Origin: Octopus bimaculoides | Lineage: Eukaryota | DNA length: 63,783 nt | Reading direction: 5' to 3' | Assembly (NCBI RefSeq): GCF_001194135.2 | Contig: NC_068999.1 | Location: forward strand, 34,784,259-34,848,041 | Part shown: positions 36,034-49,607 of the stretch, one piece after another | Position numbering within the stretch: position 1 is the first letter of the stretch | Layout of the letters: each line of letters begins with the position of its first letter | The notes under the pieces: generated by a model | Seen by the model: the letters and a program-made list of their open reading frames with translations, nothing else | What the model was told of the DNA's origin: nothing | Database searches by the model: none | Program-made: the position numbers and the translations under genes

Positions 36034-39000
36034 ATGACACTACGAAAAATTCGCAATTCTAACCAAAACTTGAAAGTAATTGGCAAAATCCGCCTGACAC
36101 TTAGGGATATAATTTCAGTTACTGAAGTTGATATTACAGATCTCAACCACCTGTACTATGCATCCGCGAAAATCTCAACCATTCTATGTGGTGAAAAGAT
36201 TAGAAAACGACAACATTTCCACAAAAAGCCTACTTGACAGGAGCATATTCAAAACCAAATTCAGTTACTTAGGTCTGACATAGAATGTTTAAAAAACTCT
36301 AAGTTTGACCGGAATATCAAACCAACAAAAATCTGAAAATTAAGGAAAAAGTATAATATGAAAACCATATTTGACATCGATACCATCATAGAAACTATCA
36401 AGCAAAAGGTATGTGCTAAAGCTGCCCGCATAGCAAGGTATGAAAAGCGCGTTAGATTCCTCAAGGACAACAACATGTTAAAAAATAACCCTCAAAATTT
36501 TTACTGGAAGATAGGGAAAATACCAGTTACAGTAAAGTCTGTCCCATTAAAAGAAGTGCAGGAATTTTGGAATAAAATTTGGGCAGTAGAAAAAACACAC
36601 AATAAAAAGTTCCTTTGGGATGATAGAATATCTACTGATTTAGACTCCTTAGAAGAGCAAACGTGGGAGAGTATCAAGGGGGAGGTGAAGCAAATGGAAG
36701 TCTCCAGAAAAGGATAAAACTCCTAACTTCTGGTTCAATGCCTTCCCAGAGGGCCAAGAGCTGCTAACAAAAATTTACAACAATGTTTGCAACAACCTAG
36801 TATCATTTCCTCTTGACTAGTTAATGGTGTTACATTCCTACTTGGAAAAAAATGAAGAAACAAATGAGCCAAAAAATTATAGACTCATAACCTGCTTAAC
36901 AACAATGTATAAAATACTAACGTCTGTCTTGACTGAAAATGCCTATAGTTTTTTAATAGAAAGTGGCATATTCCCTAATGAGTAAAAGCATGTAAACGGG
37001 GGTCTTATGGTTGTAAAAATCAGCTACTCATCAGTAAAATGATCTTGTCGATACCTAGATAGACTATAAAAAGGCTTTTGATAGTCTACTAAATAGCTGG
37101 ATTAAGAATTGTCTGGAAATGTATAAAATAGTACCAACTCTGCAAAACTTCTTGTCTGTAAGGATGGGATCATGGAGAACCACACCGACTTTGAACAGTG
37201 ACAATGAATCTCTCAATGCTGGAGGTGTTAGAATTTCATGTGGCATTTTCCAGGCTGACTCTATCACCACTCTTCTTTTATTTAGTCTTAATGTCTCTCT
37301 CGAAATTGCTCAATGATGTACAATATGGCTATAAAATATTTGAAAAAAATATAAATCATCTCATTTACATGGATGATTTAAAGCTCTTTGCAAAAATAAA
37401 CAAAAAAACAACAACTACAGCGCTTACTAGCGATTGTTAAACAGTTCAGTGATGACATCAGGATGCAATTTGGCCTCGATAAATGTGTAAAAGCTACTTT
37501 TATGAAAGGGAAAATGTTAGAAACATCCAACGCTAATCTTGAGCACCATAATGTCATAAATGAGTTACAACCGGCGGAGAGCTACAAATAACTAGGAGTA
37601 TTTGAAGGTGATAGAATCAAACATTCAATGATAAGTGAAAAGATCAGGAAAGAATGTTATCGCAGGGTAAGGGCAATACTCAAGACAGAGCTGAATGCAA
37701 GAAACAGGATCGAAGCGATCAATACTTTAGCCATACCTGCCGTGGCTTACAGTTTCAATATCGTTAACTGGTCAATTACTGAAATATGTAATCTTGACAG
37801 GAAAATACGAAAATTGTTGATAATGCATAGAATGCACCACCCTAAGGCAGATATAGAACGACTTTATCTGCCAAGAAAAGAGGGTGGCCGTGGACTTTTA
37901 CAACTAGAATTAACAATAAAGATTGCCACAATTGGCCTAAACACCTACCTGAAAAACTCTAATGACTGGATGTTAAAGTATGAAAACAAGAAAGCATCAT
38001 GCTCAGTAACAAAACAGGCAAAGGAATATCTAAGTGAATACCAAATACAACAAATCCCAGAATTAGACGTACTAGAAGCAAGCACAGAAAAAGCCAAGCG
38101 TATGAAAACCCGTTCTAAAACTGCTGCCGTAGATATTCTTACTGATAAATGACAAGAAAAACCTCTCAATGGCAAATACCCAAAGAGAGCTAATAATGCC
38201 GATATTGACAAAGCCCATGAATGGTTAGTGTCTTCGGCTTTAAAATCAGAAACAAAAGTGTTTATCATAGCAGCTCAAGATCAATGCCTACTTACAAGGA
38301 ACTACTAGGCCAACGTATTAAAGAACGGCAGAAGCCCAACATGTCATGTCTGTAAACAACAAAATGAGACCATTGATCATGTCTCCATGTGCAGTTTTCT
38401 TGAGTCTACAGAGTACCTCAACAGGCATGATAGAGCAGCACAATATATTCACTGGATAATTTACAAAACCTGGACCTGCCCCAAGATAAAAACTGGTGGG
38501 AACATAAACCGACTCCAGTGCTTGAAAATGATCACATCTCACTCCTCTGGAACTTCACTATTCAAACTGACAGAAAGATAGATGCGAACAGGCTAGGCAT
38601 TATATTGAAGGACTTCATACAAAAATCGTGCCTCCTCGTTGATGATTGTTCCAATTGACATAAATGTATGTGTCAAGACCTACCAAAAACTGACAAAGTA
38701 TAAAGATATTGAATTAGAAATTGGCAAAATGTGGAACCTCAAGACTAAAACAACACCTGTTGTCATAGTTGCCCTAGGAATGATAGCAAAAGAGGTTGAT
38801 TGCTACCTCACTCAGATAGCAAGAAACCCCAAAATGGCAGAAATTCAAAAGATAGTTCTCATGGGGGCTGCCCATATCCTACGTAAAACACTGTCTATGT
38901 AATCTCAACTTTTAAAACAAACTAACAATTTTCTTATGTTTTCTTAAACATTTTCTAGAACAATACTATGTGCAAAGCTAAATGAATGGCACCCTAGGCA

Positions 39001-39085
39001 AAACACTAACATGAACTTCTAACTTGTTGTCTCTTGAGATCTCTGGGTGGGACTTGGAATCAGCTTGTACAAGTACAAAAGTCAG
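36034..39085 (+). pseudogene. Largely complete but inactivated RLE-type non-LTR retrotransposon (R4/Dong-like): RT, zinc knuckle and RLE
   Basis: Successive frames give KNYRLITCLTTMYKILT, DYKKAFDS, GIFQADSIT, NHLIYMDDLKLFAK, RLYLPRKEGGRGL, CHVCKQQNETIDHV, RHDRAAQYIHW and MIVPIDINV...QKIVLMGAAHILRKTLSM* (stop at 38902). There are many stops and frameshifts; the 5' end may extend to about 35.6 kb. Confidence 0.92.
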
Positions 39086-39090
39086 ACATA

Positions 39091-39383
39091 TTCTTTTATT
39101 ATTTTATTCTTTTATTTGTTTCAGTCATTTGACTGCAGCCATGCTGGAACACCGCGTTTAGTTGAACAAATCCACCCCAAGACTTATTCTATGTAAGCCT
39201 AGTACTTATTCTATGGGTGACTTTTGCCAAAACGCTAAGTTTTGGGGACGTAAACACACTAACATCGGTTGTCAAGCGATGGTGGGGGACAAACAGACAC
39301 ACAAACATATAATATACATATATATACATACATACATACATACATACACACAGACACAAACACACACACACACACACACACAT

Positions 39384-39423
<40 letters not shown>

Positions 39424-39526
39424 GGCTTTAATCGGCCCGAGGCTATAGAAGACATTTGCCCAAGGTTCCACACAGTGGGTCTGAACCCAGAACCATGTGG
39501 TTGGTAAGCAAGGTACTTACCACACA
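39091..39526 (-). mobile_element. SINE family A abutting the LINE 3' end
   Basis: Reverse complement of the family A 3' half, internal (CA)n and head. Confidence 0.88.
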
Positions 39527-39530
39527 AATG

Positions 39531-39564
<34 letters not shown>

Positions 39565-39589
39565 CAACAACTACAACAATAATAATAAT

Positions 39590-39745
39590 AATTGTTTCAA
39601 CAATAGGCACATGGTCTAAAATTTCAAGGGAGGGGACTAGTCGATTACATCGACTCCAGTGCTCATGTACTACTTATTTTATTAACCCTAAATACTGAAA
39701 GGCAAAGTTGATCTCTGCGGAATTTGAACTCAGAACGTAAAACTG
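39590..39745 (-). mobile_element. SINE family B 3' part with (ATT)n tail
   Basis: taggcacatggtctaaaattt...gactagtcgattacatcgactccagtgctca...gcggaatttgaactcagaacgta. Confidence 0.8.
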
Positions 39746-39936
39746 AATAATATTAGAATAGTAGTAGCAGCAAAAGTAATGTCCGTATGTGTACGTAAAC
39801 ATACATGCACATATGTCATTGATTTATTACTTGGAGGAATATAGAATTCAAACTATTGGGACGGTATATCAGCATATTTAAGTAAAGAAATGGCATCTCG
39901 CTTCGTCCGAAGACTTTTCGAAATTGCGTTTGTTGT

Positions 39937-40102
39937 AGGAGTGGCTGTGTGGTAAGTAGCTTGCTTACCAACCACATGGTTCAGGGTTCAGTCCCACTGC
40001 GTGGCACCTTGGGCAAGTGTCTTCTACTGTAGCTTCGGGCCGACCAAAGCCTTGTGAGTGGATTTGGTAAACGGAAACTGAAAGAAGCCCGTCGTATATA
40101 TG

Positions 40103-40143
<41 letters not shown>

Positions 40144-40335
40144 ATGTTTGTATGTGTTTGTCTCCCCAACATCGCTTGACAACCGATGCTGGTGTGATCA
40201 CATCCCCGTTACTTAGCGGTTCAGCAAGAGAGACTGATAGAATAAGTACCAGGCTTACAAAGAATAAGTCCTGGGATCGATCTGCACGACTAAAAGCGGT
40301 GCTCCAGCATGACGGCAGTCAAAGAATAAAATAAA
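39937..40335 (+). mobile_element. SINE family A, full length and well preserved
   Basis: Complete head, gcaccttgggcaagtgtcttc CORE-like motif, internal (TA)n/(TG)n and 3' half. Confidence 0.93.
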
Positions 40336-40503
40336 ATTGCTTTTAATAACACTCTCTCTGACACACAAAAATTTATATATTTGTGTGCACGCTTCTGTAT
40401 ACACTAGAGTACATACATACATACATACATACATACATACATACATACATACATACATACATACATGCTTACATGATACATACATACATACATACATACA
40501 TAC

Positions 40504-41160
40504 AGTAAACATAATAGACCTGACATTGTGATTTGGGATAGAGAAGAGAAATTATATGTAGTTGTGGAAATCAGCTGTCCAGCGGATGCTAAAATAGCGC
40601 TAGAGATCAGCGAAAATGCAAATGCCAACGTTGAACTATTGAGAAATCTACAGCTACTGTATCTAGATTACAAATTTATGTTTATATCTTTATATACTGG
40701 AGCACTGGAATATGTAACCCGCTGCTTAAGAACGAATCTTGAGAAATTAGGCTTCTCAAAACGAGAAAGGAGAAAGCTGATTCGTTGTCTACAGAACCAA
40801 GCAATTACTGGAACTGTAAAAAGGTGTAAAACTTTTCAGAAGTTTGTCATCTAAGTATATTTGCGCATGTCTCGACATGAAACTATATGCATGGGAATAC
40901 ACACATAAAACAAATACAGCACATATACACACATCTGCACATTACTTGCATGCGCCAGTAATGCCTGCGCTTGTATGTGTGTATGTGCACTTGGTGTTAT
41001 GAGTAGACAGGTGCATTGTACTCTTCTGGTTTTACTCCAAAATATACGAAAATAAATAGAATGAAATATATTCAAACAAGGAAAAAAGGGAAAAGTCACC
41101 CGAGGTCGAAACCTATAATCACTCGCTTCCTATTCCGAATCATTTGTCTTCCTACTCTTT
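40504..41160 (+). mobile_element. 5'-truncated RLE-type LINE (a distinct family), C-terminus plus 3' UTR
   Basis: KHNRPDIVIWDREEKLYVVVEISCPAD carries a PD...E RLE motif and ends GTVKRCKTFQKFVI* at 40854. It starts immediately after (ACAT)n. The 3' boundary is approximate. Confidence 0.82.
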
Positions 41161-41818
41161 AATATACATGCCGCGAACATAATCCGTTTTTAATGTTTAT
41201 TCCTTTAACGTATAACCTTATCGTACATATATGGAAGTTTTATGTTCATCTGACCAACTGACCAATCATTTATTTCTATTCAGTTCTGTTCAGCCGTGAA
41301 ATCAAAGTGTTCAGTTGACTCTAATTTAGAGCAAGGGGGTTTAAGATGGTCGTTCACACTTAGCTATCTGATTATATATATATATATATNNNNNNNNNNN
41401 NNNNNNNNNNNNNNNNNNNNNNNNNNNNNNNNNNNNNNNNNNNNNNNNNNNNNNNNNNNNNNNNNNNNNNNNNNNNNNNNNNNNNNNNNNNNNNNNNNNN
41501 NNNNNNNNNNNNNNNNNNNNNNNNNNNNNNNNNNNNNNNNNNNNNNNNNNNNNNNNNNNNNNNNNNNNNNNNNNNNNNNNNNNNNNNNNNNNNNNNNNNN
41601 NNNNNNNNNNNNNNNNNNNNNNNNNNNNNNNNNNNNNNNNNNNNNNNNNNNNNNNNNNNNNNNNNNNNNNNNNNNNNNNNNNNNNNNNNNNNNNNNNNNN
41701 NNNNTATATATATATATACATTTACATATATACACATACACACACACATACACACACACACATGAACTCGCGCGCATGCACACACATAAAGAGATAGACA
41801 TATAGATAGGTAGATAAG

Positions 41819-41874
<56 letters not shown>

Positions 41875-41961
41875 CAGTATTAGCTATTTGAGAACATGAC
41901 ATATTTTAGTTATTGCTGTTTTAAAATTAGCTTTATGTCATTTATGTTTCAGAAAATAATA

Positions 41962-42645
41962 ATGGCAGATACCCAGTTTACTAAAGAAATAAAGAGGCAT
42001 TCTGTAATTGTGGCTTTAAATGTGGAGCAGACAGATTTATAGACAGATCAGTCTTGAAAAGTCGAAAGATCTTTCGTATAAAATGTCCGCAGAGCTCAGA
42101 TAGAAAGGTAATACTAATATCGAAATGCAAAGAGCATTCCCGACGCTCCGGTACCATCAGAACATCCGAATTTATACGTTTAGCAGATCATTAAGGGAAA
42201 CCCCAGAAAATCCATGAGGTACATTGCAAAAGATCTCCATGTATCAGATGGGACAATCAGAAATGTTGTCTACAAAGACATCCGGTAAAAGTCTTGATGA
42301 GGAGAAGTCAATTCATGTCAGCAAAAACATACGATCAGATCTAAGCGGTTATTTAACAAAGTCAAAAGTCTAGAAGAACGTGACATGATTGGTTTCTTTT
42401 TTTTTAGATGAGAAAACTTTGACCAGGCCCAGAAGATTAACAGAGAAAATGACACATGATTAGGTTCTGACCCCGCTACTGAAGTTGTAACAGTCATGCA
42501 CACAAAATTTCGTGCAACCGTCATGGCTTTTGGAGCTGTCAGTAATGCATGGCACGTGATGCCCCCTCATTTCATTCCACGTGGCTTTAGAGTTAATTCT
42601 GTTGGCTATACTGGAGTTCTGGAAACAGTTGTCAAACCCTGGATA
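41962..42645 (+). pseudogene. Tc1/mariner transposase remnant, DD37D (maT)-like
   Basis: MADTQFTKEIKRHSVIVAL, NPRKSMRYIAKDLHVSDGTIRNVV, FFFLDEKTFDQAQKINRENDT and TVMHTKFRATVMAFGAVSNAWHVMPPHF...VLETVVKPWI. Stops and frameshifts are present, and no TIRs were found. Confidence 0.85.
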
Positions 42646-42854
42646 TTTCAAAGTTACCACTGAGAATTATCGATGTTTTATTGAAATATTGATCATTCAA
42701 CACACATGGAAGATAAGTTTTTAACTGCTCTTCTCCCCCTCTTTATGTTTACATAATTTGCCGTCGTCGGCCCAACGGCAAATTAGAAGCGTGTTGAATT
42801 GTGAACGAAGAAGCATGATTTTTCTTTCTCTTTAACTATTTTGAATTATATATA

Positions 42855-42899
<45 letters not shown>

Positions 42900-43257
42900 A
42901 TATTGGAGCAATATAACCAGCCGAAATTGCAAGGATAATTTGGATCTTGACTGAGGAAAGAAAACTCCGAATGACCTGTCCGTGTTTTCTTTGTATCGTC
43001 TATCTGGATGTTTTGTCCCTTTCTTGTATCACCTAACTGTCTGGATGTTTTGCGTCCTTGTCCCATTCTGTATTATTTATACATATATATATGTGTGTGT
43101 GTGTGTGTATGTGTGTGTGTGTGTGTGTGTCCATATGTGTGTGTATATTTGTGTGTATGTATATAAGTGTGAGTGATTATGTGTGTACGCGTGTGGTGCT
43201 TGCGTAAAAGCTACGAAGAATTATAGAAGAATCTAGATGTGAGAACTGTAAAAGACA

Positions 43258-43433
43258 AAATAAAATGTAAAATATAAAATAAAATAAAATAAAATAAAAT
43301 AAAACACAAGCGAAAGTAAAATACAAAGTTTGTGTGTTTAAGAATATTTTAACTGAGTCCATTCCTGAGAGCAATCTCGATAACTTGGAGATAACAACAT
43401 TGAAAAACATACATACATACGTAAATATTTACT

Positions 43434-43437
<4 letters not shown>
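43258..43437 (+). repeat. Left arm of a ~180-bp inverted repeat (partner at 44205-44380)
   Basis: tttgtgtgtttaagaatattttaactgagtccatt...gagataac...catacgtaaatattta recurs as a reverse complement at 44205-44380. Confidence 0.88.
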
Positions 43438-43508
<71 letters not shown>

Positions 43509-44204
43509 AGAAGTCACTTCATGTGACATAAGTTTATGTTGATTGCTTCTGGATTCTTCCGTGAGAGCCAGTCGAAAAGTAAGGAGATAAAATGACTATG
43601 GACAGGCAAAGAAGAAAGATTATCAACCGAACTGTGCATTCAGCATATTTCACAACAGATTTTATTTCGGTATTACCGCCTAATCCGTTTTCTCACCGAT
43701 GTTTACAACTTTCGCACATATTGACCAGAGGAATATGGCACACGCGTTTGTATGTGCGGGTGTGGGTGTGGGTGCGCGCGCACATGTTTGTGTGTTTGGG
43801 TAGGTGCGTGTGAATGTGTAAGTTTGCTCGTGTGTGTGGCTATATGTGGTGGAGCAATTTTCGCCGATGTGTATCGGTGTCATTTGTAAACATCGACGAG
43901 AAAAGGATATACACACACAGGATATACACACACAGCCAAGCGCACTTACACGTGCACGCGCACACACACATACACACACACACATTTATATATGTTTGTG
44001 TATGTGCGCATATATATATACGTTTATATATCCTTTTACATGAATATGCATATATGTATGTGTGTATGCGTGTGTGTACCTATATCCATGTATACATACT
44101 TATACAAAATGGACATGCATACATACATGCACACACACACACAAACACACACAGAGGCACACACATACACATAAGTCGCCCAGGCGCTTCTTCTTCAGCT
44201 TGGT

Positions 44205-44380
44205 CATCGTAAATATTTACGTATGTACGTTTGTATGTTTTCAATATCGTTATCTCCCAGTTATCAAAGCTGCTCTCAATAATGGACTCAGTTAAAATCT
44301 TCTTAAACACACAAATTTTGTATTCCATTTTTGCTAGTGTTTTATTATATTTTATTTTAGATTTTACATTTTATTTTATA
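44205..44380 (-). repeat. Right arm of the ~180-bp inverted repeat
   Basis: Reverse complement of 43258-43437; the outer end runs into an N gap. Confidence 0.88.
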
Positions 44381-44598
44381 TATATNNNNNNNNNNNNNNN
44401 NNNNNNNNNNNNNNNNNNNNNNNNNNNNNNNNNNNNNNNNNNNNNNNNNNNNNNNNNNNNNNNNNNNNNNNNNNNNNNNNNNNNNNNNNNNNNNNNNNNN
44501 NNNNNNNNNNNNNNNNNNNNNNNNNNNNNNNNNNNNNNNNNNNNNNNNNNNNNNNNNNNNNNNNNNNNNNNNNNNNNTATATATATATATATAGATAA

Positions 44599-44664
<66 letters not shown>

Positions 44665-45199
44665 GTGTGTGTACGCGTACGTGGATTTCCCTAGCAGACA
44701 GCAATATATCCTTCGTACAAATTCACTACAAGGGACATAATTGTTCATAATTGGTAATTTTAGAAGTCTGAATATAAAATTAAGGAATAAAGAAGATGCG
44801 TTGAATATACACATTTAATGATTTTTTTCCACCTTTTGCTTAGTTCCTTCACAGGTTTTGAAATTTCTAGTCTTAGCACCATTTCATTCATTTTAGAGAC
44901 CCCAGGATGGTAATAATACGAGGTATATAAATTAAAGATTTTATGAGGCGCGATATTTCTTATGAATGAGAAAATATTTACAGTCTGAAAGAAATTCGTG
45001 GAATATGTGAATATTTTTGGCGTCTACATGCAGATTAACTGTTTCAAGTGGATTCTACTGTGCGCAGGCATTCTTATAGTAACTAATATTTTAGCATTAA
45101 CTATGAAATTCACAAACCGTTTTGTATGTATATATATCCTTTCGGGTATAAGTAGAAATTCCTATGCGTGTATTTATAAATATATGCATACATAAATAT

Positions 45200-45264
<65 letters not shown>

Positions 45265-45835
45265 CACTCACTCAAACATATATACATGCACACACACACA
45301 CACACGCACACACACATGTGTGTATATAGTTGAAAGTTATGTTAGTATTTTAAAAATGAATGAAAAGATCGAAGTCTCTGTAATTCTTAATAGTTTCAAT
45401 TATTAATACAATAATGAATTGTCAATCTATCTCTCTATGTATGTATGTATGCATANNNNNNNNNNNNNNNNNNNNNNNNNNNNNNNNNNNNNNNNNNNNN
45501 NNNNNNNNNNNNNNNNNNNNNNNNNNNNNNNNNNNNNNNNNNNNNNNNNNNNNNNNNNNNNNNNNNNNNNNNNNNNNNNNNNNNNNNNNNNNNNNNNNNN
45601 NNNNNNNNNNNNNNNNNNNNNNNNNNNNNNNNNNNNNNNNNNNNNNNNNNNNNNNNNNNNNNNNNNNNNNNNNNNNNNNNNNNNNNNNNNNNNNNNNNNN
45701 NNNNNNNNNNNNNNNNNNNNNNNNNNNNNNNNNNNNNNNNNNNNNNNNNNNNNNNNNNNNNNNNNNNNNNNNNNNNNNNNNNNNNNNNNNNNNNNNNNNN
45801 NNNNNNNNNNNNNNNNNNNNNNNNNNNNNNNNTAT

Positions 45836-45934
<99 letters not shown>

Positions 45935-46100
45935 TGCACACTCACACACACACATATATATGAATGGCAACTTATAATTTATAATTGAAGGAATCTTAAT
46001 TGAACCAGTTTACAGTCGATTAACCTGGTGTAACTTGCTTCAGACTAGAGTGAAACAATTTGCTACTGAAAGATGTTTCGTTCAGAAGTGAAACCATGGA

Positions 46101-46140
46101 CAAGGCAACTATTACAACAAGGCACCTATTACAACAAGGC
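46101..46140. repeat. 17-bp tandem repeat, 2.3 copies
   Basis: caaggcaactattacaa / caaggcacctattacaa / caaggc. Confidence 0.85.
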
Positions 46141-46305
46141 ATTGTGAGAAGAAATACAGCAGAAATCGACTGCATATTCGACCAGCAAAGCAGGATGAAA
46201 CTCAGGCCGTGAAGAACCAACTATGTTTGACTTCGTTCATTTAAAGTATTTCCAGAAGCCGGCAAAGCCAGAACATGAAGTCGTAGCATAATCAACAAGT
46301 CCATA

Positions 46306-46523
46306 CGAGGGAGCGCTGAAAAGTTCCTGGCAGTAAGGTTATCGCGAAATGCCTGTTTGAAAGGCCAGCCTTCCGAGTTCTTTTACAGGGCTTAGTGAAA
46401 CTGAAAGACTGATGCAATAAATGTGTGAATGTGAAAGGGGAATATGTTGAATAAAGCAATAATTAATTTATCCCTCCTTTATTCGCTTTTATCAAAAACC
46501 AGGAATTTTTCAACATGCCTTCG
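46306..46523 (+). mobile_element. Mariner-type MITE (218 bp) with TA target-site duplications
   Basis: TA|CGAGGGAGCGCTGAAAAGTTCCTGG...CCAGGAATTTTTCAACATGCCTTCG|TA, with 19/25 TIR identity. The interior encodes the mariner C-terminus GLVKLKD*CNKCVNVKGEYVE*. Confidence 0.88.
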
Positions 46524-47542
46524 TATGATACAGCGCCTAAGTTCTGAAACTGGCCAGAGAAATGCAAGAAGGCGATGAGGGTTGTCTAACCCTGTGGTTG
46601 TTCCAGTGTAGAATAATTTGTCTTACAGCTTATGATAGGAGATGTAATGTATTAAGTTACTTGTTTCTAGTTGTAAGAGGACTTGTTACTTATTGTTTTA
46701 GTTAACCAATCATAACTAAATGAAACATCCAATAAACGTCAGTCCAGCAATGGCCGCTTGATCAATAATTCATGTGTAAAAACTTCTTATTTTATCTACT
46801 TTTCTACGTTGCTATAATGCGACACAACAATCTATGCCTACATTTGTCTGCCTGCCTTATATCTATCTGTTTGCTTGTCTTCCTGTCTATATACACTAAC
46901 ATATCCCCTATATAAGTATGTATGTATGTATGTATGTATGTTGAAATACATATACATATACACACATGCACACATGCGTATACGTTTAGTGTATATATAT
47001 ATATATATATNNNNNNNNNNNNNNNNNNNNNNNNNNNNNNNNNNNNNNNNNNNNNNNNNNNNNNNNNNNNNNNNNNNNNNNNNNNNNNNNNNNNNNNNNN
47101 NNNNNNNNNNNNNNNNNNNNNNNNNNNNNNNNNNNNNNNNNNNNNNNNNNNNNNNNNNNNNNNNNNNNNNNNNNNNNNNNNNNNNNNNNNNNNNNNNNNN
47201 NNNNNNNNNNNNNNNNNNNNNNNNNNNNNNNNNNNNNNNNNNNNNNNNNNNNNNNNNNNNNNNNNNNNNNNNNNNNNNNNNNNNNNNNNNNNNNNNNNNN
47301 NNNNNNNNNNNNNNNNNNNNNNNNNNNNNNNNNNNNNNNNNNNNNNNNNNNNNNNNNNNNNNNNNNNNNNNNNNNNNNNNNNNNNNNNNNNNNNNNNNNN
47401 NNNNNNNNNNNNNNNNNNNNNNNNNNNNNNNNNNNNNNNNNNNNNNNNNNNNNNNNNNNNNNNNNNNNNNNNNNNNNNNNNNNNNNNNNNNNNNNNNNNN
47501 NNNNNNNNNNNNNNNNNNNNNNNNNNNNNNNNNNNNNNNNNN

Positions 47543-47583
<41 letters not shown>

Positions 47584-48084
47584 CTATTTATATATGTATA
47601 TGAATGTATGTAACCGTTAGAACATTTAAGTGTATAAATATACACATGAGCGTCCACCTACACGTATAAGTATACATTCTATGCATGTATTGGTATCTAT
47701 ACAAATACATTCACACGCTGCACAGATATACACATTGTTACATATCCACGCACACTTGTTACACACAAATGATGTTATGTATACATGTGTACAATAACTT
47801 AAACAAACGCATATACATACGCATATACATACGCATATACCTACATTTCGCCTCCACACACGCATTCCATGACACAGTCACACACTCATACGTGTATGGA
47901 TGGTGACACATGAGTTTTTAGGCTTGTATATGGATTTATTTGTTTAGTTTATTGTTTGAGCGTATATCTGTGTGGTTTTGTATCTGTGTGTACGTTTGTA
48001 GGCATTTATGTATGTGTATTTATATACAGATACACATATATATACGTATACGTATATACGCACATACATGTATATATCTATATA

Positions 48085-48128
<44 letters not shown>

Positions 48129-48404
48129 GGATATATATATATATGCATATATATATATATACATATGTATATATATAGACAGGCACACACACATATATAT
48201 ATATATATACATATACTAGCGGTGCCCCAGTATGGCCACAGCCTTAGAGGTGAAACATACAAACGAATAAAAGAATATATGTGTGTGTTTGTGTGTGTGT
48301 GCGTGCGTGTGTGTGTGTGTTTGTGTGAGTATGCACGTATATTTTATGTGTATACATATGTTTATATGCATGTAAATATGTTTGTATGTAAACTTGTACA
48401 TCTG

Positions 48405-48453
<49 letters not shown>

Positions 48454-49440
48454 NNNNNNNNNNNNNNNNNNNNNNNNNNNNNNNNNNNNNNNNNNNNNNN
48501 NNNNNNNNNNNNNNNNNNNNNNNNNNNNNNNNNNNNNNNNNNNNNNNNNNNNNNNNNNNNNNNNNNNNNNNNNNNNNNNNNNNNNNNNNNNNNNNNNNNN
48601 NNNNNNNNNNNNNNNNNNNNNNNNNNNNNNNNNNNNNNNNNNNNNNNNNNNNNNNNNNNNNNNNNNNNNNNNNNNNNNNNNNNNNNNNNNNNNNNNNNNN
48701 NNNNNNNNNNNNNNNNNNNNNNNNNNNNNNNNNNNNNNNNNNNNNNNNNNNNNNNNNNNNNNNNNNNNNNNNNNNNNNNNNNNNNNNNNNNNNNNNNNNN
48801 NNNNNNNNNNNNNNNNNNNNNNNNNNNNNNNNNNNNNNNNNNNNNNNNNNNNNNNNNNNNNNNNNNNNNNNNNNNNNNNNNNNNNNNNNNNNNNNNNNNN
48901 NNNNNNNNNNNNNNNNNNNNNNNNNNNNNNNNNNNNNNNNNNNNNNNNNNNNNNNNNNNNNNNNNNNNNNNNNNNNNNNNNNNNNNNNNNNNNNNNNNNN
49001 NNNNNNNNNNNNNNNNNNNNNNNNNNNNNNNNNNNNNNNNNNNNNNNNNNNNNNNNNNNNNNNNNNNNNNNNNNNNNNNNNNNNNNNNNNNNNNNNNNNN
49101 NNNNNNNNNNNNNNNNNNNNNNNNNNNNNNNNNNNNNNNNNNNNNNNNNNNNNNNNNNNNNNNNNNNNNNNNNNNNNNNNNNNNNNNNNNNNNNNNNNNN
49201 NNNNNNNNNNNNNNNNNNNNNNNNNNNNNNNNNNNNNNNNNNNNNNNNNNNNNNNNNNNNNNNNNNNNNNNNNNNNNNNNNNNNNNNNNNNNNNNNNNNN
49301 NNNNNNNNNNNNNNNNNNNNNNNNNNNNNNNNNNNNNNNNNNNNNNNNNNNNNNNNNNNNNNNNNNNNNNNNNNNNNNNNNNNNNNNNNNNNNNNNNNNN
49401 NNNNNNNNNNNNNNNNNNNNNNNNNNNNNNNNNNNNNNNN

Positions 49441-49607
49441 ATATACGACGGGCTTCTTTCAGTCTCTGTCTACCAAATCCACTCACAAGGCTTTGGTCGG
49501 CCCGAGGCTATAGTAGAAGACACTTGCTCAAGGTGCCACGCAGTGGGACTGAACCCGGAACCATGTGGTTGGTAAGCAAGCTACTTACCACACAGTCACT
49601 CCTACGC
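49441..49607 (-). mobile_element. SINE family A, 5' half abutting a gap
   Basis: tacgacgggcttctttcagt...gactgaacccggaaccatgtggttggtaagcaagctacttaccacacagtcactcct. Confidence 0.92.

Noticed and set aside
42945-43075. CTGAGGA...CTCCGAAT hammerhead-like motif followed by a ~40-bp tandem repeat
   Set aside because: There is no GAAA core and no valid stems I or III; at most it is a decayed repeat end.
46101-46140. Short direct repeats as a possible CRISPR array
   Set aside because: The repeats are contiguous with no unique spacers, the context is eukaryotic, and there are no cas genes.
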